This document shows positions 1 through 13,709 of a stretch of DNA of 64,000 bases, piece after piece (position 1 is the first letter of the stretch; each line of letters starts with the position of its first letter). Under the pieces are notes generated by a model. That model was not told the origin of the DNA. It ran no database searches and saw only the letters and a list, made by a program, of their open reading frames with translations. A program made the position numbers and the translations under genes. The DNA comes from Daphnia carinata (Eukaryota), in the NCBI RefSeq assembly GCF_022539665.2, contig NC_081331.1:1488001-1552000 (forward strand). The letters run 5' to 3'.

Positions 1-3000
1 ATTTCATCTGTCAACCTGGTGTTGATCAGAACAACAGCGTTATTCGTTCAGCAATTGACCAAGCCAAGTTGAAACTTTTTTGTTTATCCAAACATAAATA
101 TAGTCGTTCGGCATCTGCGAAACCTGAAAAATCCCAACCGAAGGCTGAAAAGCTGGAATTTAACGATACGTCAGTTCAGTTGGATCCATCTCTGTGTGAC
201 AGTGTCAAACAGGTCAAAGAACAATTGCTTAAAGGCCAAGGCCAAGGAGCAAAAAGGTAGTAGATTGCAATGATCTCCCATATTCTTTTTATTTTTAATA
301 TGTTTTATTTTAGTTTTCCTTTCAAAGTCATTCATAGCACCAACAGTGGACGAGTATACGGAACTGAACCTAAGTGCATACGTCTGAAAGAAATACACAC
401 CCTGTTATATTACCTCGTCTATGGATATGATGGTGAATTGTTCACTGATCAAGCTCAGGCGAGGGAAGCACTCAGAAACGAAAACCCCACTCTTGAGGGC
501 GTAGACGATGAAGCGTTTGAAAATCTTCCAGATATTTACAAGGTATCATGAAGCGGCATATACGTTATGTATTCCGGTGTTGCATCGTAACACAATTTTT
601 TCGTTATCGTCTTTAAAGACTAAATTAGGTTGGCAGACGTTCATCGAACCACTGCCAGTGCACAGTGGATGGCCTTCCGGGTGGTCCTTTCTTTGCGACA
701 TACTTTTACGATTACCTCTTTCAATTTTCCTAAAAGTGGTTAACATCACGTATCAAATTGATGGGCTCGAAACCTATCTCAAACATCCGATTAAACAATA
801 CGTGCTACTTAAACACCTACCAATGGATATACGACAAGGTCTTATTTATGCACGGAAGTATATTTTTAGTGTTCACGAAATCATCACAAACATGGTTTAT
901 CTCGGACTTGCGCAGTTTGGTCCACATAGCCTTAAGGTAACGTATAAAGCGATCTATTTATTTAATTTATTCTAGATATCTTAGCGCTGATAGCATTTTT
1001 TTGTATTGGATAAAAAGGAAAAAGATCAAGTCTTCATTTACTTGAACCGGAAAACAACTTTAATGGATACAACTACCTCTAATCCTGGATATCATCACAT
1101 ATCACGTGACATGGAATATGAGAAAAAAACCTTTCTTTTTGAATCGATGGAAGACGTGGAAAAATACTGGTAATGCACTAAATTTAACTGCTAAAACTAA
1201 AAAATATAACTCTGTCGTAGCTCGTATTTCACTACCTAACCATCGTCCCTATTTTAATCTTCTAATGATCGGTACCACTTTGCCTCTATCGCACGACAGG
1301 TACGAAGTTTGGACCATTTGTTCTAACACTTTATTAGGCAGTGTTAGTACGGTAGCCGGACAAAGCATAACGCTGGAAATGTTGCGGAAGAAACCTGCTA
1401 TGATTGAAGCAATGCGAATGCGTGAACCACACGAAGCGCCGCTTTTAGATACAGGAGAAGTCCCCGGCGATCATCTGGGTGCTGCAGGGTTTGATTCCGC
1501 CTTTTTCGCACACTTGAAAGTACAACAAATATTCTCATTCCTAAATAAAAAAGACTTCTCTTTGGTAAAACAATTTGTATTGCGTTCTTTTAGAGAAACT
1601 GGACATACAACAAGGCGACGACAATGATCAGCAGGTTAGAATTGCAAGTCAAGAAAACAGGAAATGGATGTAAATCAGATAAAGCACCGCAAACCAAAAC
1701 TTCCAACCCAGCTACCGTCCCGGGGCGCCTTGCTAGTTTAAGGGACAACGCTATTCGATTTACTCAATGCGTCACACAAGATGGAACAAATTTAACGATT
1801 CCCGTAACAATGGTAGACAACGCAAATCCTACCAGAGGTCAAAAAAGAAAGCGACATGATAGTAAAAAATCTTCTCCGACTGTCGGCTGGTCAAAAGTCG
1901 GTCCCAAGAAGACAAGAGGTATTCGTTCCTTACTTGTGACATTCAGGAATTGTTCTTTATCCGTTAATTTCAATTTTCAGTATCCACCAAACCTGCGTCC
2001 AAAACAAGAGTAGTTAAACCTCGTAAGCAAAAGGGTCCACGACGGCCATATTACGACGAAAAAGACAGGCAAGCTTTGCTTCTGATGCGTCGATTACGAG
2101 TAACGTGGTCAGCCATGGAGGACAGCTTCCTTCTCATGTGTAAAGTATGTAAATAAAGACATATTAGCTGTTTTCACTGCTTTTAACAACGAACTCTCTG
2201 AGGGGCAGGCAATCAAACCGAAACAGATTGAATTGATTCTTTAAAACCTCCTTGTAGGTCGCTGGTACATACATCCACGGAAGTTTACGCCATAGTGTAC
2301 CCTTCATTGTTGTGCGTGATTGTCTCCATGAAACCTACCCCGAATCTCGCAATAAAACCTCACGGGCTTGCCAACGTCGAGTAGCTTACATGATGCGAAA
2401 CCCCACCACAGAGTACCAAGTCGTAAACGCCTATCAAGAACTTGAGCAGGATCCTGAAATTGAGGCGGTGTCGGGTGGAGGGCCAATAACAAAGGAAGAT
2501 CGGAAACATGGGATTGAAAAGACGGAGGAACTGATTGTTACCAGGTACATAGTTACGTAGCGCACGAGTTTTAGATAACCATTTACATGTTCTATATTCA
2601 ATTGTGATATAGATTTCGAAACCTGCTAGAATACTTGAAACCCCGCTATTCACAAGGAGGGAATTCTAGTGCTACACCTGGCCTACAAGTGCCTGATACT
2701 ATTGAAGAATTCCACCAGCAGTATGAATTGACTTACTCTCTAGCAAATTTACGTCACCGTCGACCTATTTTGGAAGTAAACAACGTGGTGGACGTAAACT
2801 GCAATGTGGTCTACAATGTTATTCACAGTTCGATGTGCACTACGGAAGATAAAACGGCTTGGGGCTTTCACCTTTTCAACATTTATCAACAGTATCCTGA
2901 CAATCTGGTCCGCTCAACTCTTGCCAAAATGAAAAACGATATGATGATCGCACAGCGAAAACGCTCTCTAGTCAGGTGAGAAAAAAAGAATCTCAATGTT

Positions 3001-5417
3001 ACTAAGATTACAGGATAATAAACTCCGTAATTCTTAGGAATAAGAAGTTTTCTGAGATGCCGTTGAGTGCAGTTCCATACAAGTTATCAATTACATACAT
3101 CCATCTTTTCCTCTCGCGATACCAGTACCCAGTGTTTCATCGTTCCTACCAGCGTCTACGTTCCGTTATAGCTGAAAAGGAAAAAATTCCTTCTGACAAC
3201 CAAAGTAACGCTTTAAAAAAGAAATACGACATTCAATTATTAAATAATATTATGTAATGTTCGGCTTTGCTAGAAGACTGGGCCGGAGTTGAAGTCAGCC
3301 GCATTCATGAGGGAGGAAATGCAGCCATGGTAGTCTCACTTTTTTCAATTGGTATGGCTCGATTTCGCTTTATCATTCCAGAGCAAATCATTATTTTTGA
3401 TCCCAAGCTAAAGGTAACTGATTTTCTCTTAATAACTCGAAATAAATCTAGTCAAAAAAATAAATTTTACCATAGGATCATCCTGAAGAATTCGATAATC
3501 TGATTAAACGTTACAACAACTGGGTCAAAGATGTCGATGCAGCGGCGCAAAACGCAAGTAAAGAAGATCGAGCACAAATACAACGACGTCGGTTAGGCAT
3601 GACATCGGCCGCCGCAACCAATGCGGTTGCCGCAATTCCAAAACTAATGAGTACAACTTCTATTATGGACAATGAAGAGTCTGCTCAAGCTCCAGCTGGC
3701 ACTAAAGGAAGCAACGAAAGCGTTTCTACCTTAAGTATGGACAGGACCCAAAACCAGCTAATAATGCGGACCGCGTCGCGAATTGGTCTTCACATGCTAC
3801 GCGAAGATATGACGCAGGATTCTCAGTTGCCTGATAAATCAGCGCCGCACATTCAGCAAGAACATTTCGTCATTAACTCTTGCAAAGTATTCGTCGACGT
3901 GATTTTACCGGAATCTGCGTCTGAGGGTTGGCTGTTTTTAAGTCCTAAGAAGAAGCAAGAGATTATTGATTCCATTCCCACCACCGTTCCATTCGCCGAT
4001 AGTGTTTCGGAGCAATCTTTCTTGGATCTGTATGATCAACAGAAACTCAGCCAATCCGCAAAAGAAGATGGTAGTAGAATATTGCAGTTGATTACGATTA
4101 AGAAAGAAATGGGCATCGTGGTTTCAGAACTGCCACATGTGGTAGGCAGCCTTAGCGATCCATCCTGCACGTTGGAGCAGCATGTCTCTTTTATGGTGGA
4201 AAGTCGGGTTATACAAAAAGTCGGCGTGGTAGCCCAGCGGTTTGTTGCTATTCAGCATATCGATCCATGGGTTATTAAATCATTTCGGTTGCTGAGAAGT
4301 GGAAAAGAAAAACTGGAGCCATTTAACAGCTCCCACATGGTAGCCAAGGAAAATGAAGATAAATCTGAACCAAATACTCAAACAGCAGAAACCAAAATGT
4401 CAGTGTCGGAAGAAATCAGTGTACAAGAAACGAGCTTGATGCCAGCTGAAACTAAAGAAAAAGTAGGAGAATCGCAACAGCAAAGCCAAATGGAAGAGGA
4501 AATGGAAACTTGCCAACCAGGAGAAAGTCGAAATGAAGAAACAGCATCGGTTATTCCTGCTGGCACCGTTTCAGAACCCGTGAACGAGGTTGTCCCTGGC
4601 CGTCGAAAGCGAACGCTTCCGACTCATCACCATTCTTCAAAAAAAACACGCACGGTTGACAGCTTAGGATCAAAGTAAGTCGCGGGTATTTTAGTTTTAA
4701 TACTGGACCTGTTTTACAAGTTTATTGTTTTTTGTAAATACTTAAACGGATGTCCACTTTAACAGTGATCGCGTCGACCTTTTAGTAATGGTCAAACCGT
4801 GGGTCAAAATTGATGGAGGCCTCAATCGACGTGTTCTAGATCGCTTGCTTGGAGGTTTATTATTTTGTTCTATTTTTTTTGTACAGTTTCTGTTTATATC
4901 TAAATTGTCTGTTGTCCGTTTTTTAGGTCTACTTTCTCATGTGCTTTTAAAACCCGGATCCAACATGGGGCAGTTAGCGGAGCGTTTTCATCCAGCACTT
5001 CAACCGTTTCAGACTAGAGAACTGTTGGAGGTACATTACCACGTACAGCATTTGAAATGTTTTCATATTATTCAGAAATTCATTTTGCATTACTAGCTGT
5101 TGGAAAAAATTGGATGCGTGGAGTTCTATGGCATCAAGAAGACGGGCAAAGCTGGACTGTTCGCTCCACGTACCACACTCGAAATCGGTAAGTTATTGTT
5201 CGATTACATTTGTATGAGGCGTTTATCTCAAACATTATGAATTGCAACTTGGTGATTTCCGTTTCCAGTTCCTCTCGACACGTTTGCACGGGATCAAGAC
5301 ATCTATGTTGACCCGAAGAGTGAAGCCATTCTTCGACTGGGGGAGTTCATCGGCGACAAGAAATATGAGAAAGATTACATCCCAAAATGCAGCTGTCACA
5401 ACAACGTGGACACCTAA
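1..5417 (+). CDS. GTF3C1: General transcription factor IIIC subunit 1 (B-box-binding subunit), multi-exon, 5' end outside window
   Basis: Many short GT-AG introns join ORF fragments in frame. Spliced motifs typical of GTF3C1: GDHLGAAGFDSAFFAHLK|RNW (~1470-1600), ALLLMRRLRVTWSAMEDSFLLMCK (~2070-2143) and VKPWVKIDGGLNRRVLDRLL (~4790-4850). The last exon 5289-5417 ends CHNNVDT-TAA, with AATAAA at 5555-5560. Confidence 0.85.
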
Positions 5418-6660
5418 AAGACATTCTAGTTTATCGAATCAACATTTGTTCAAATGGTTAGTTTGAGAGGCAAAAGAATCTCCGGATGCAAGAAGAATCC
5501 CATATAGGTATTCCATTCATTTGATTTATTTCCTCATCTGGAATTTCTTGTTGAAATAAACGCCAGTCATTCGTCCCCTCATCACCAAACAAAAATCCTT
5601 TTGTTACCCGTGTATTTTTTCGTCCTTGTTTTTGTCATTAAAAGAACAGATTAAGTAAATTGAAAGAAGAAGAAAGTGATTGAAGATGAAAAGTGAAAAC
5701 CTCGTTGGTCATCCTGTACGTAATTACGTTCCATTCATTACGAAAATGTACATTGTACGCGAGATTGTCCTTGATCCCGCTACGCCGGGAAGATGAAATG
5801 GTTCGTGAAACTTTCTCGCAAACATCGTGCGTAGCTAATAACTTTGGGCCATCAGGTAAGCAAACGTTCTTCGCCTGACCGTGATCTTTTCGTCATGGTC
5901 AGCTTTGATCAGGTTACAGCCGTCAGCAAGACGCACGTAAAGGCTGACATTTAGTTATTCATGTCATCATCCTGTAAGAATTCCGGATAGAGATTGCAGC
6001 ATCGGTTCGAGCCTGAAGATCCGTTTCTACTTTGGGTTTGGCAGTCCCTGCATCGATGTATGGCTACATTCTGATGGGCAAGCTATCTAGGACTAGAGCT
6101 TATGTTTGGCCCACGGAACAACCAGATAAACATAGTAACTGTAGCCTTCAGTAAAATGAGGAAAAAGAATCATGTAGTAGGCGGAGAACCGGATGGAAAG
6201 TTGAAACGTGGCGCCAGAAACCTCAGCTTCTTCGCACATTAGAGAATATGTGGGTCAATTCCATTAACCCGAATCGCGGAAAAGTAACACGTAAAAACGG
6301 CCGCTATCGTGACGTTCGTTCTGCGCCGTTGGAAACCAAAGGGAGAAAGTTTGTCCTTCAACTTTCACTTTGACCTATTCTGGCTAATTTATTGCAGGTT
6401 TACGTTTCGACGCAGTGCACTGTGAAGTGCCTTCGGCTCAATATTCCGCTACGGCGTTAAATTTTGAGACGAAGGGTTTGTAAGAGCCGAGCATAATTAT
6501 TGTAAATAAAAACAAGAGGAATTTGAATTCCCCACATGCTACTGGCTCACCGCAAAACTAACGTTATATAAAATACTACTAAATGAACGGAAAACAAATG
6601 TTTTATTGGAAATCAGCGTTAATTTTGGTTCCAGATTGGCCAGATTTAATCCTGATTTCA

Positions 6661-7935
6661 TGTACAAAAAAGTCGGGCTTATATATCGGACCATTCGATT
6701 TTCGCCAAAACCTAAATATAGCAAACTATGCATCAGTTTGTTCTAAATTCAACAGTGACCACGAAAATCAATTTCATTTTTACACTAACGTTGTGTTAAA
6801 TATTCGCTCTGTTTCAAAAACGATTGGTTTGACGAAAAAACAAACCCCTTCATCGAAATCAGCGTTTAATTGGGCTTGTTCTGTGTGATTTTTGTCGCAT
6901 TCTAAGAGTTTTGATTATTTGCGGATTTTGACAAAAGTGGGAAGGCTATAGCCTTCTCACTTTTTCAATTTCGGCTAAATTTTAGATTTCGCTTTAAATA
7001 TATTGTTTCGATGCAGAATTGAACGGGCATCACGTATATGAGGGTTGCTTTCCCGTGGGTTTCATAGTTTTTGAATAAAACGTAAAAAACGATGAAGTTT
7101 GGTTAAAAAAATAAGCCCGACTTTATCTTTTGGGCTTAAAAATCTTTCCTATAAAAAAATAATATCATTAAATCTAGATAACTATATGTGTTTGTGATTC
7201 AAAATTAACCAAGAAAAACGAAAATGGAATTTGTTTTTACGTAGAGTTTATAGTTTGGAGTAATCTAAAATATAAAATTAGTGTGTGTGCGAATCGAAAC
7301 CGATCTAGCGCGCCAGTACGCTATAGCGTTAGCCTGGCACAGTAATCTTCTTTGATTTTTCAAGAACCATAAACTCTACGTAAAAACAAATTTCATTTTC
7401 GTGTTCCTTGCTAAATTTTGAATTAGAATCGTGTACAGTTATCTAGATTTAATGATATTATTTTTTAATAGGAAAAAATTTTAAGCCCGACAAAATAAGC
7501 CCGACGAAATAAGCCCGACTTTTTGTTTTTTATGGTTAATTCAAAAAGTAGAAGCCTAATAGGAAAATATACCCCATTTTCGTGATCAGTGATCAATTTC
7601 GAATCGGAATTATGTATTTTTAATGAAATCTAGGATTTGAAGAAAATTGAAAAAGTAAGAAGGCTATAGCCTTCTCACTTTTTCAATTTTGACAAAATTT
7701 TAGATTTCGCTTTAAATACATGGTTTCGATGCACAATTGAACGGGCATCACGAATATGAGGGTTGTTTCCTCGTGCAACTCATAGTTTTTGAATAAAACG
7801 TAAAAAACGGTGAAGTTGGGTTTAAAAAATAAGCCCGAATATTTTGTCTTATGTTGGGCTTACGGTTCTTATGTTGTCTTGTGTACGGGCTTATGTTGAC
7901 CGTTTTTTACGTTTTTTTTAAAGCTATGAGTGCCC
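6661..7935. mobile_element. Non-coding foldback/MITE-like element made of direct and inverted repeats (probable non-autonomous DNA transposon remnant)
   Basis: A ~190 bp direct repeat at ~6933-7120 and ~7651-7838. Inverted arms at ~7132-7252 and ~7369-7488. Palindromes centred on GCTATAGC at 6945-6952, 7320-7327 and 7663-7670. A recurrent ATAAGCCCGA motif occurs in both orientations. No transposase ORF, TSD not identified, boundaries approximate. Confidence 0.55.
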
Positions 7936-9885
7936 GTGAAAATATTTTCTTTCTATAAATCTATTTTATAAACTTAAAGATAACTAAACTTGCTATGTGG
8001 CACAACATTTGCTGACTGCTGTTTTTCTCAGCCTTCCCCGCTTAATAAAGTCTTGTTGATTTTTTCATTTCAAGGTTTGTCTAACCCCAATTTACACCAA
8101 TTCTGCTATTGACATGTTCGTCATCTGTACACTTTTATACACATCCCGCGTGTTAAACTAACGGTAGAAGAGGTTCGGGTTGTAAATGGGAAGACAGTCG
8201 CATTAATATGCACTAGCGAGGGTCGCAATCGTCAACATTCGGGTATATTCATTTGAACTCGATTGCGGCCATATTAATCATCTCCTTTTCCTTTTACATT
8301 GTCTAGCCATTTTCGTCCACAGGCCAAACGTGCTGATCCATAATTGATGATGTCTTTGCCCTTTAGGGCATTGGATGAGATCCCGTGACTTGTTTCTCTT
8401 CTGCGTGCAGAGCGAACGATTCAAAACAAGCTATTTTACTGAGTTACCATATCGACAAGTGACCGCGTAAGAGACGTGAGGAGTAAATATTGGGAAATGG
8501 TCAACTGATATGTCAAAATCTTTGACAGAAAACAATTCTAGAAAGCTATCCAAAAAATAGTTTTTTAACTAAAAAAAAAACGATTTCTTTAAAGAAGAAA
8601 TACGTAGACCAACTGGTCTGGTACATAAGGTTGTTATAACAGTCCATATTCAAATTTTGTTCTTTGAAGTTAGACTACTATTCTGAGTTAAAGAGCCGCT
8701 AGGGCTGTCGTCATTTGAGGAATGTAACGGTACTCGTGTGTGGGACTTTTCTCTTCAAGAAAACGGAGGTCAGTGGGTCGTGTGGCATTCGAGACGTCCG
8801 GACAAACACACTCGAAATGGGAAAGGTGTGATGAACCAAGCTCCTTCACCAATAAGACTCTTCTGTTTTCTATTTAGGTTTTTATAGTGAACCTTTTTTT
8901 GTTTGTGTGCCAACTCGCTAGCCACCTGAATACCAACTTCAATTCTGGCACCAAACCAATGCGAAAGGGCTCTCTCTTTCTGTCGATTCGGTTGAGCCCA
9001 ACACATTAGTAATTCGCTTCACGAACTATGCCAAAAGCAGCAAGAAGGTCTGCGTTTTGAAAACGGCTAGGAGAAAGTGATCGCAAAACGTTGATACTCG
9101 CCGTATTCTATTGTTGTTGTCCTTCGTTCTCGAAACTGTTGGACGTCCAAAGGAAAAGTGAACTCAAAATTTCGAGACGGACGCGATCCGACGAAGAGAG
9201 GTCTGACTCGCCAGACTTTGATGTACCCTACGGCGAGGACACATAGCGCATGTTAAACTGAAATGCATTATTCACAGTCTTTTGCGTCTACAGTCAACAA
9301 CATGTCGGTCTTATTAGTGCCAATTATATATTAACTAAAGAACAGGTGCTGTATTGTAGTTTTTAAAAAATTATTGTATTGTAGGATGTTTTCTTACAGA
9401 AAAAAAAGAGAGAGAAAATCGAAACAGTCAGCGAGTCTACATGGATAGTAAAGATTATTGAATAATAATACAGCGAGTTGTCATATCAGCTATAGCAAAG
9501 GATATCTTTTAAAAAATAGTCCTTTTTTATGACCACGTCTCGATGAATTTGGTTTTGCACAAAGAGTCACACAGTCTTTGAAGAGAGATTGTGCAGATGG
9601 TTCCGGCTACACGAATGGTTTGTGAAAGTAAAAAATTAGAATCTGCTCAGCGTCCAGTTCTCTGGGTCCGTATTCAGTTTGCTAGACCTGCCGTTGCGGC
9701 AGTCTCCAAGATATAAAGTTATGTAACAATGGTATACTCTTTTGTCGAGATTTCTTTTGATGGGAAACACGTCAAATAGTATGAAAATCAAGTCTCAAAA
9801 TGTTTCCCAAACAAAAACAGAAAAAAAAAACAAAAAGTACAAAAAAGAGGAAAAACATACGTGAAGAAAACAAAGAGGATGGCCA

Positions 9886-12800
9886 CTAGGACTTGATGCC
9901 GCTCGTTAGATAAGGATTGATGCCTTGATTGCTTGTTTCCTTCTCCACTTCGCTTTGCAGATGGAGAAAAGTGATGTTATCGCTGGCCATATATCCGCCA
10001 GGAGTGTTGCTTCTCCAAGAAGACACTTGCTGCCACAGGTACGACAAGACTAAAAGGAAGACGGCCAGCAGTATCAGACGTAGCAGCATCTTTGCTGCGT
10101 AAAGCCTATTGCAATAAGAAAACGGTAAAATGAATGAATGAAATGGTTGAATGACGGACGAAACCCGTTTGGCTACTAGAACTGTTATTGATTTTTTTTC
10201 TTTCTAACGGATATGAAACAAACTTGAACTTGAAAAGCAACGTTACTTTTTGAGGTTTCTCCTTGCAGCTGGTAGTGTGCTAGGGTCGTCTTTCAAAATG
10301 TAACGGCGGGCACCGGCCACGTACGTTCCTATGTACGTATTCCAGTCGATTTGGCGGACGTCAAAATAAAAGGTGCGTCTATCAGCTTCGGATAGGAAGT
10401 CAAGGAGACGAATAGGATTTTCGCTGACAAACCGCCATTGGTGAGTCATAAAGAAATCCAAGCAGGAGATGGCGTGATGTGCACGATCGTATAAACGCAC
10501 CTAAACCGTTAAAAGGTTCCAAGTAACAACAAATAAAAACGTCAGAGTCCCGCAAGGGCAATTTGGAACCCGCACACTGAAAGACTCTACGTAATGCAAA
10601 TAAATTTAAGCAGGTCACGTACCCATTTGACACGTTTGCCGGTTAGACGGGCAACTAAATCTAAGGCGTAGGCGGGCAGGTAATGGGAAATGGCTTGGTC
10701 GATCTTGTGCACCGTTCGGCTCTTGGTGAAACTGCAGTTGGGATACCACATCATTTCCACAGTTGGATACTTGAGCCAATACTTGAAACCGATCTCTCGA
10801 AACTTCGCCCACGTAAGAGGATTCTTCTGTCCGGTTGAGCAATTGTACACCTCGATCTTCTTGGGAATTCCGCTGGTATTATTTAAACGCTTGCTACGTA
10901 TGCGCAAAAGAAAAAAGAAAACAAGAAATAAGGTTTCAGACAGGAACTGAATTAGCAAAACAAAACATGTTGTATTCCAACTGGTTCTCACTTTTGAATG
11001 GCCGTGTGCCAACCAACAGCAATCATCAGATTGATGGGGTAGTCGACAGGAACGATATCCCCAACCAGTTGGGAGTTTATTTTGAAAGTGCGAATGAAAC
11101 CTTTGCCGACTCCGGAGACGAATCCTGACGGAGAAATAGAAACGTTGGCTCATGAGAATTGCAAAATATGGATCGATAAAAGGGCTATAAAGAACTCCAA
11201 GCGAAAGTTATTTAAAATATTTGACGTAGAACTTGAAGGAAGAAAACAAAATTTAGAAGGAGAAAGTCAAAAATATACGCGGAACGAGTAAAATGTGCGT
11301 GTTCGGATTCAATTCCAATGAATGCTACTTCAAACAGTTAGCAAAAAGAAAAGGAAACATCTTCTGCAGTCTACGCAAAAGACGAGCAGCAGTTGAATGG
11401 AGAGTGTTTTGTTTCCTATGTAATTTCGACGGGCATTCAAGCGATGAGTACCAATTTACAGCGACGAGTGAAAGTTTGGCAACTTAAGACTTTATCCTTA
11501 ATTTTTTTTCTCAACTCTCGGTTTCGAAATTCTTTTCCCAGTCGTTTGTCTCTCTTTATGTCGGTAACGGCTATCATCAATGTGTTGCTAGGGCCATAGC
11601 CGTCTCATCATGTAAATCATTTTTGAATAACTCGGGTTCAACACACGAAAACGGACAGCCGTACATGTGGCAAATTTCTCTTCTGTATCTGTACTTTATG
11701 CCTCCTCTTATTTTTAAAAAAAATGAAGCAAAAATTCATGCAAGGACGCACGCATGTAGTCCCTAAAAACAAATACGCACAACACGAGAACCCGCGCTAC
11801 TCGTTAACTATTACTTAATTTAGCCATGCAGACTAGAAAGTTTCGGCAGCGAATCCCCCCCCCCTCCAAAAAAAAATGCGCACATTTATGCGTAAAAGTA
11901 AAAGAAGTTGGTTTGAAATTATGAACTAGCATAACATGGTAAAATAAAATTAAGGGAAAAAGGAGGACCCTTTAGGGTAAACGCGGCCTCTTTGCCTGAT
12001 GGATGGAAAGCGAGATGGACGGCTTTCATACCGTTACCGATTTCAGCTCTCCGGCGGTCCGCTTCCGTGACGTTTACTGGTTGCGATGGGGCTCACGGCG
12101 AATTATTTTTTTTACATTTTATTTTCTTTTACAAGAAGCTAAATGGATCAAAAAGGAATCCAGCAATCCGTTAGCTGACGGACAGAACACTAAGAAAGGA
12201 AAAGCTGGCCTGTTGGTTGCCATAACCGCCCTTCGGAATTGATTGGCATCCCGGACCTGGGGCTTTTTTTGTGAGATTGTCTTCACCGATAAACCCTCCA
12301 CTACCGGGTTTCCCTAACCTCTCGTGTAGTGAAACGGTGGTGTGGGAAAGAATGAAAACGAGGAGACAAAAGCATAGAAAAAAAAAAAGAAAAGCGGAAG
12401 GTATTTCGAAAAGAGAGATGGGATAAAGCTGCACAACATCAACAACGAAGGACTGGGGGGGATCAAGGGACAGTGAACTCCAACACTGGAAGAAAAACAA
12501 AACGAACCTTACCTGTTGGCCCGTTCAGATTGTCGACCCATCCCGGAAGAGGCTCCTGCTCGGCTGCTGTGACGATCGATGGGCGGACGATGGCTAGCGG
12601 AATGTCACCGCATTCTCTCTCAAGAAGCTGTTCGGCTAACGCTTTAGTGTACGTATATGTGTTGGGACACTGGCCGACCAACCTAAAACAGCAACGAATC
12701 AAACCGGTTATTTTTCTATTTTCTTATTTATTTATAACACCATCGCTTTCAAAAGCGACGCGTGCAATCGGTTTAATACGCTCTTTCGACCTCTATACGG

Positions 12801-13709
12801 TTTGTTGAGGCTTATATAAACATCTTGTGATTTTATGTAACGCAACATACTCTTTGGTTATGGCACGGACAAGTCCATCGTCAAGGCAGTCAATCAATTC
12901 AATCAATTTTATGGGGTCGATGGTGGCAGGATAAATCACTTCGTCCAGCTCTTCACGGTCCAAATTGTTGAACGCCGTTGAAACATGAACGACCGCCTGC
13001 GGATAGAGCCGAAAAAAAAATAACAGTTAGGCATGAATCATTGTTGCTCAAGAAGTGTCCAAAAGCTGATGCATCCAATAAAACAGTCAGAAGATGTTCA
13101 TACCTGTAGTTTTTCCATTTTGCGGCAAATTGCCAATAATTCTCTTGGACCTTTGACGTTGAGCTGAACAGCCGTTTTGAGTTCTTCATCGAATTTAACA
13201 GTGGCGGCGGAATTAAAAACGATCGACACATTGTCGGTAATGAGCTGCATATCTTCAGGCGAGAGGCCGAATCCAGGAAATGTTACATCACCCGCCACGG
13301 CAGCAATTTTCTTTAATTGTTCCGGATGTTCGTTGCGCAGGTTTTCAAACACCTATACAATAGGGGAAAGGACAATGGAGTAGAGGAAAAGAAAAAGATT
13401 TAAGATCACACGAAGTGTAACAAAAGGTGTAGTGGATAAATACGAAATTCACGCACCAGCAGAGAGAGTAAAAAGTGAAAATTGCTTTCTACTATCTGTG
13501 TTAGTTAAACGTACCTGATTGTCAATGAATTCGCGCAGGCGAGTACTGACGTCCTTGCCCTTGGAAGGTCTCATCAACAAGTAGAGTTGCTCGACTCCGG
13601 GACACGAGCGGAGCAGCTTTTCTACCAACACCTTGCCCATGAAACCTGTCGCACCGGTGATAAACACCGTTCGACCTTTGTAAAACTCGGCGATACTTGA
13701 TCCTTCCAT
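9886..13709 (-). CDS. Fatty acyl-CoA reductase (FAR; NAD-binding + Sterile domain), paralog A, 8 coding exons
   Basis: Rossmann motif [38 protein letters not shown], catalytic [30 protein letters not shown], Sterile-domain [10 protein letters not shown] and a C-terminal hydrophobic helix. Exons are about 13709-13515, 13352-13104, 12996-12851, 12682-12513, 11124-10991, ~10875-10623, 10500-10247 and 10105-9886. Confidence 0.95.

Noticed and set aside
5690..6530. Complex non-repetitive sequence and short ORFs after GTF3C1
   Set aside because: No recognisable domain or coherent splice model in the frames examined.
6583..6888. 101-aa ORF overlapping the repeat element, considered as a transposase fragment
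   Set aside because: No DDE, Zn-finger or HTH motif. It looks like a chance ORF in AT-rich repeat DNA.
6930..7935. CRISPR-like or prokaryotic terminator interpretation of the repeats
   Set aside because: Eukaryotic context, no regular repeat-spacer periodicity and no cas genes.
8000..9300. Possible decayed coding sequence next to the foldback element
   Set aside because: The frames I translated are interrupted by stops and show no similarity I can recognise.
11125..12512. Mutually exclusive duplicate of FAR exon 5 in the long intron
   Set aside because: No GxGKG..DxVPVD-like sequence in the candidate blocks.
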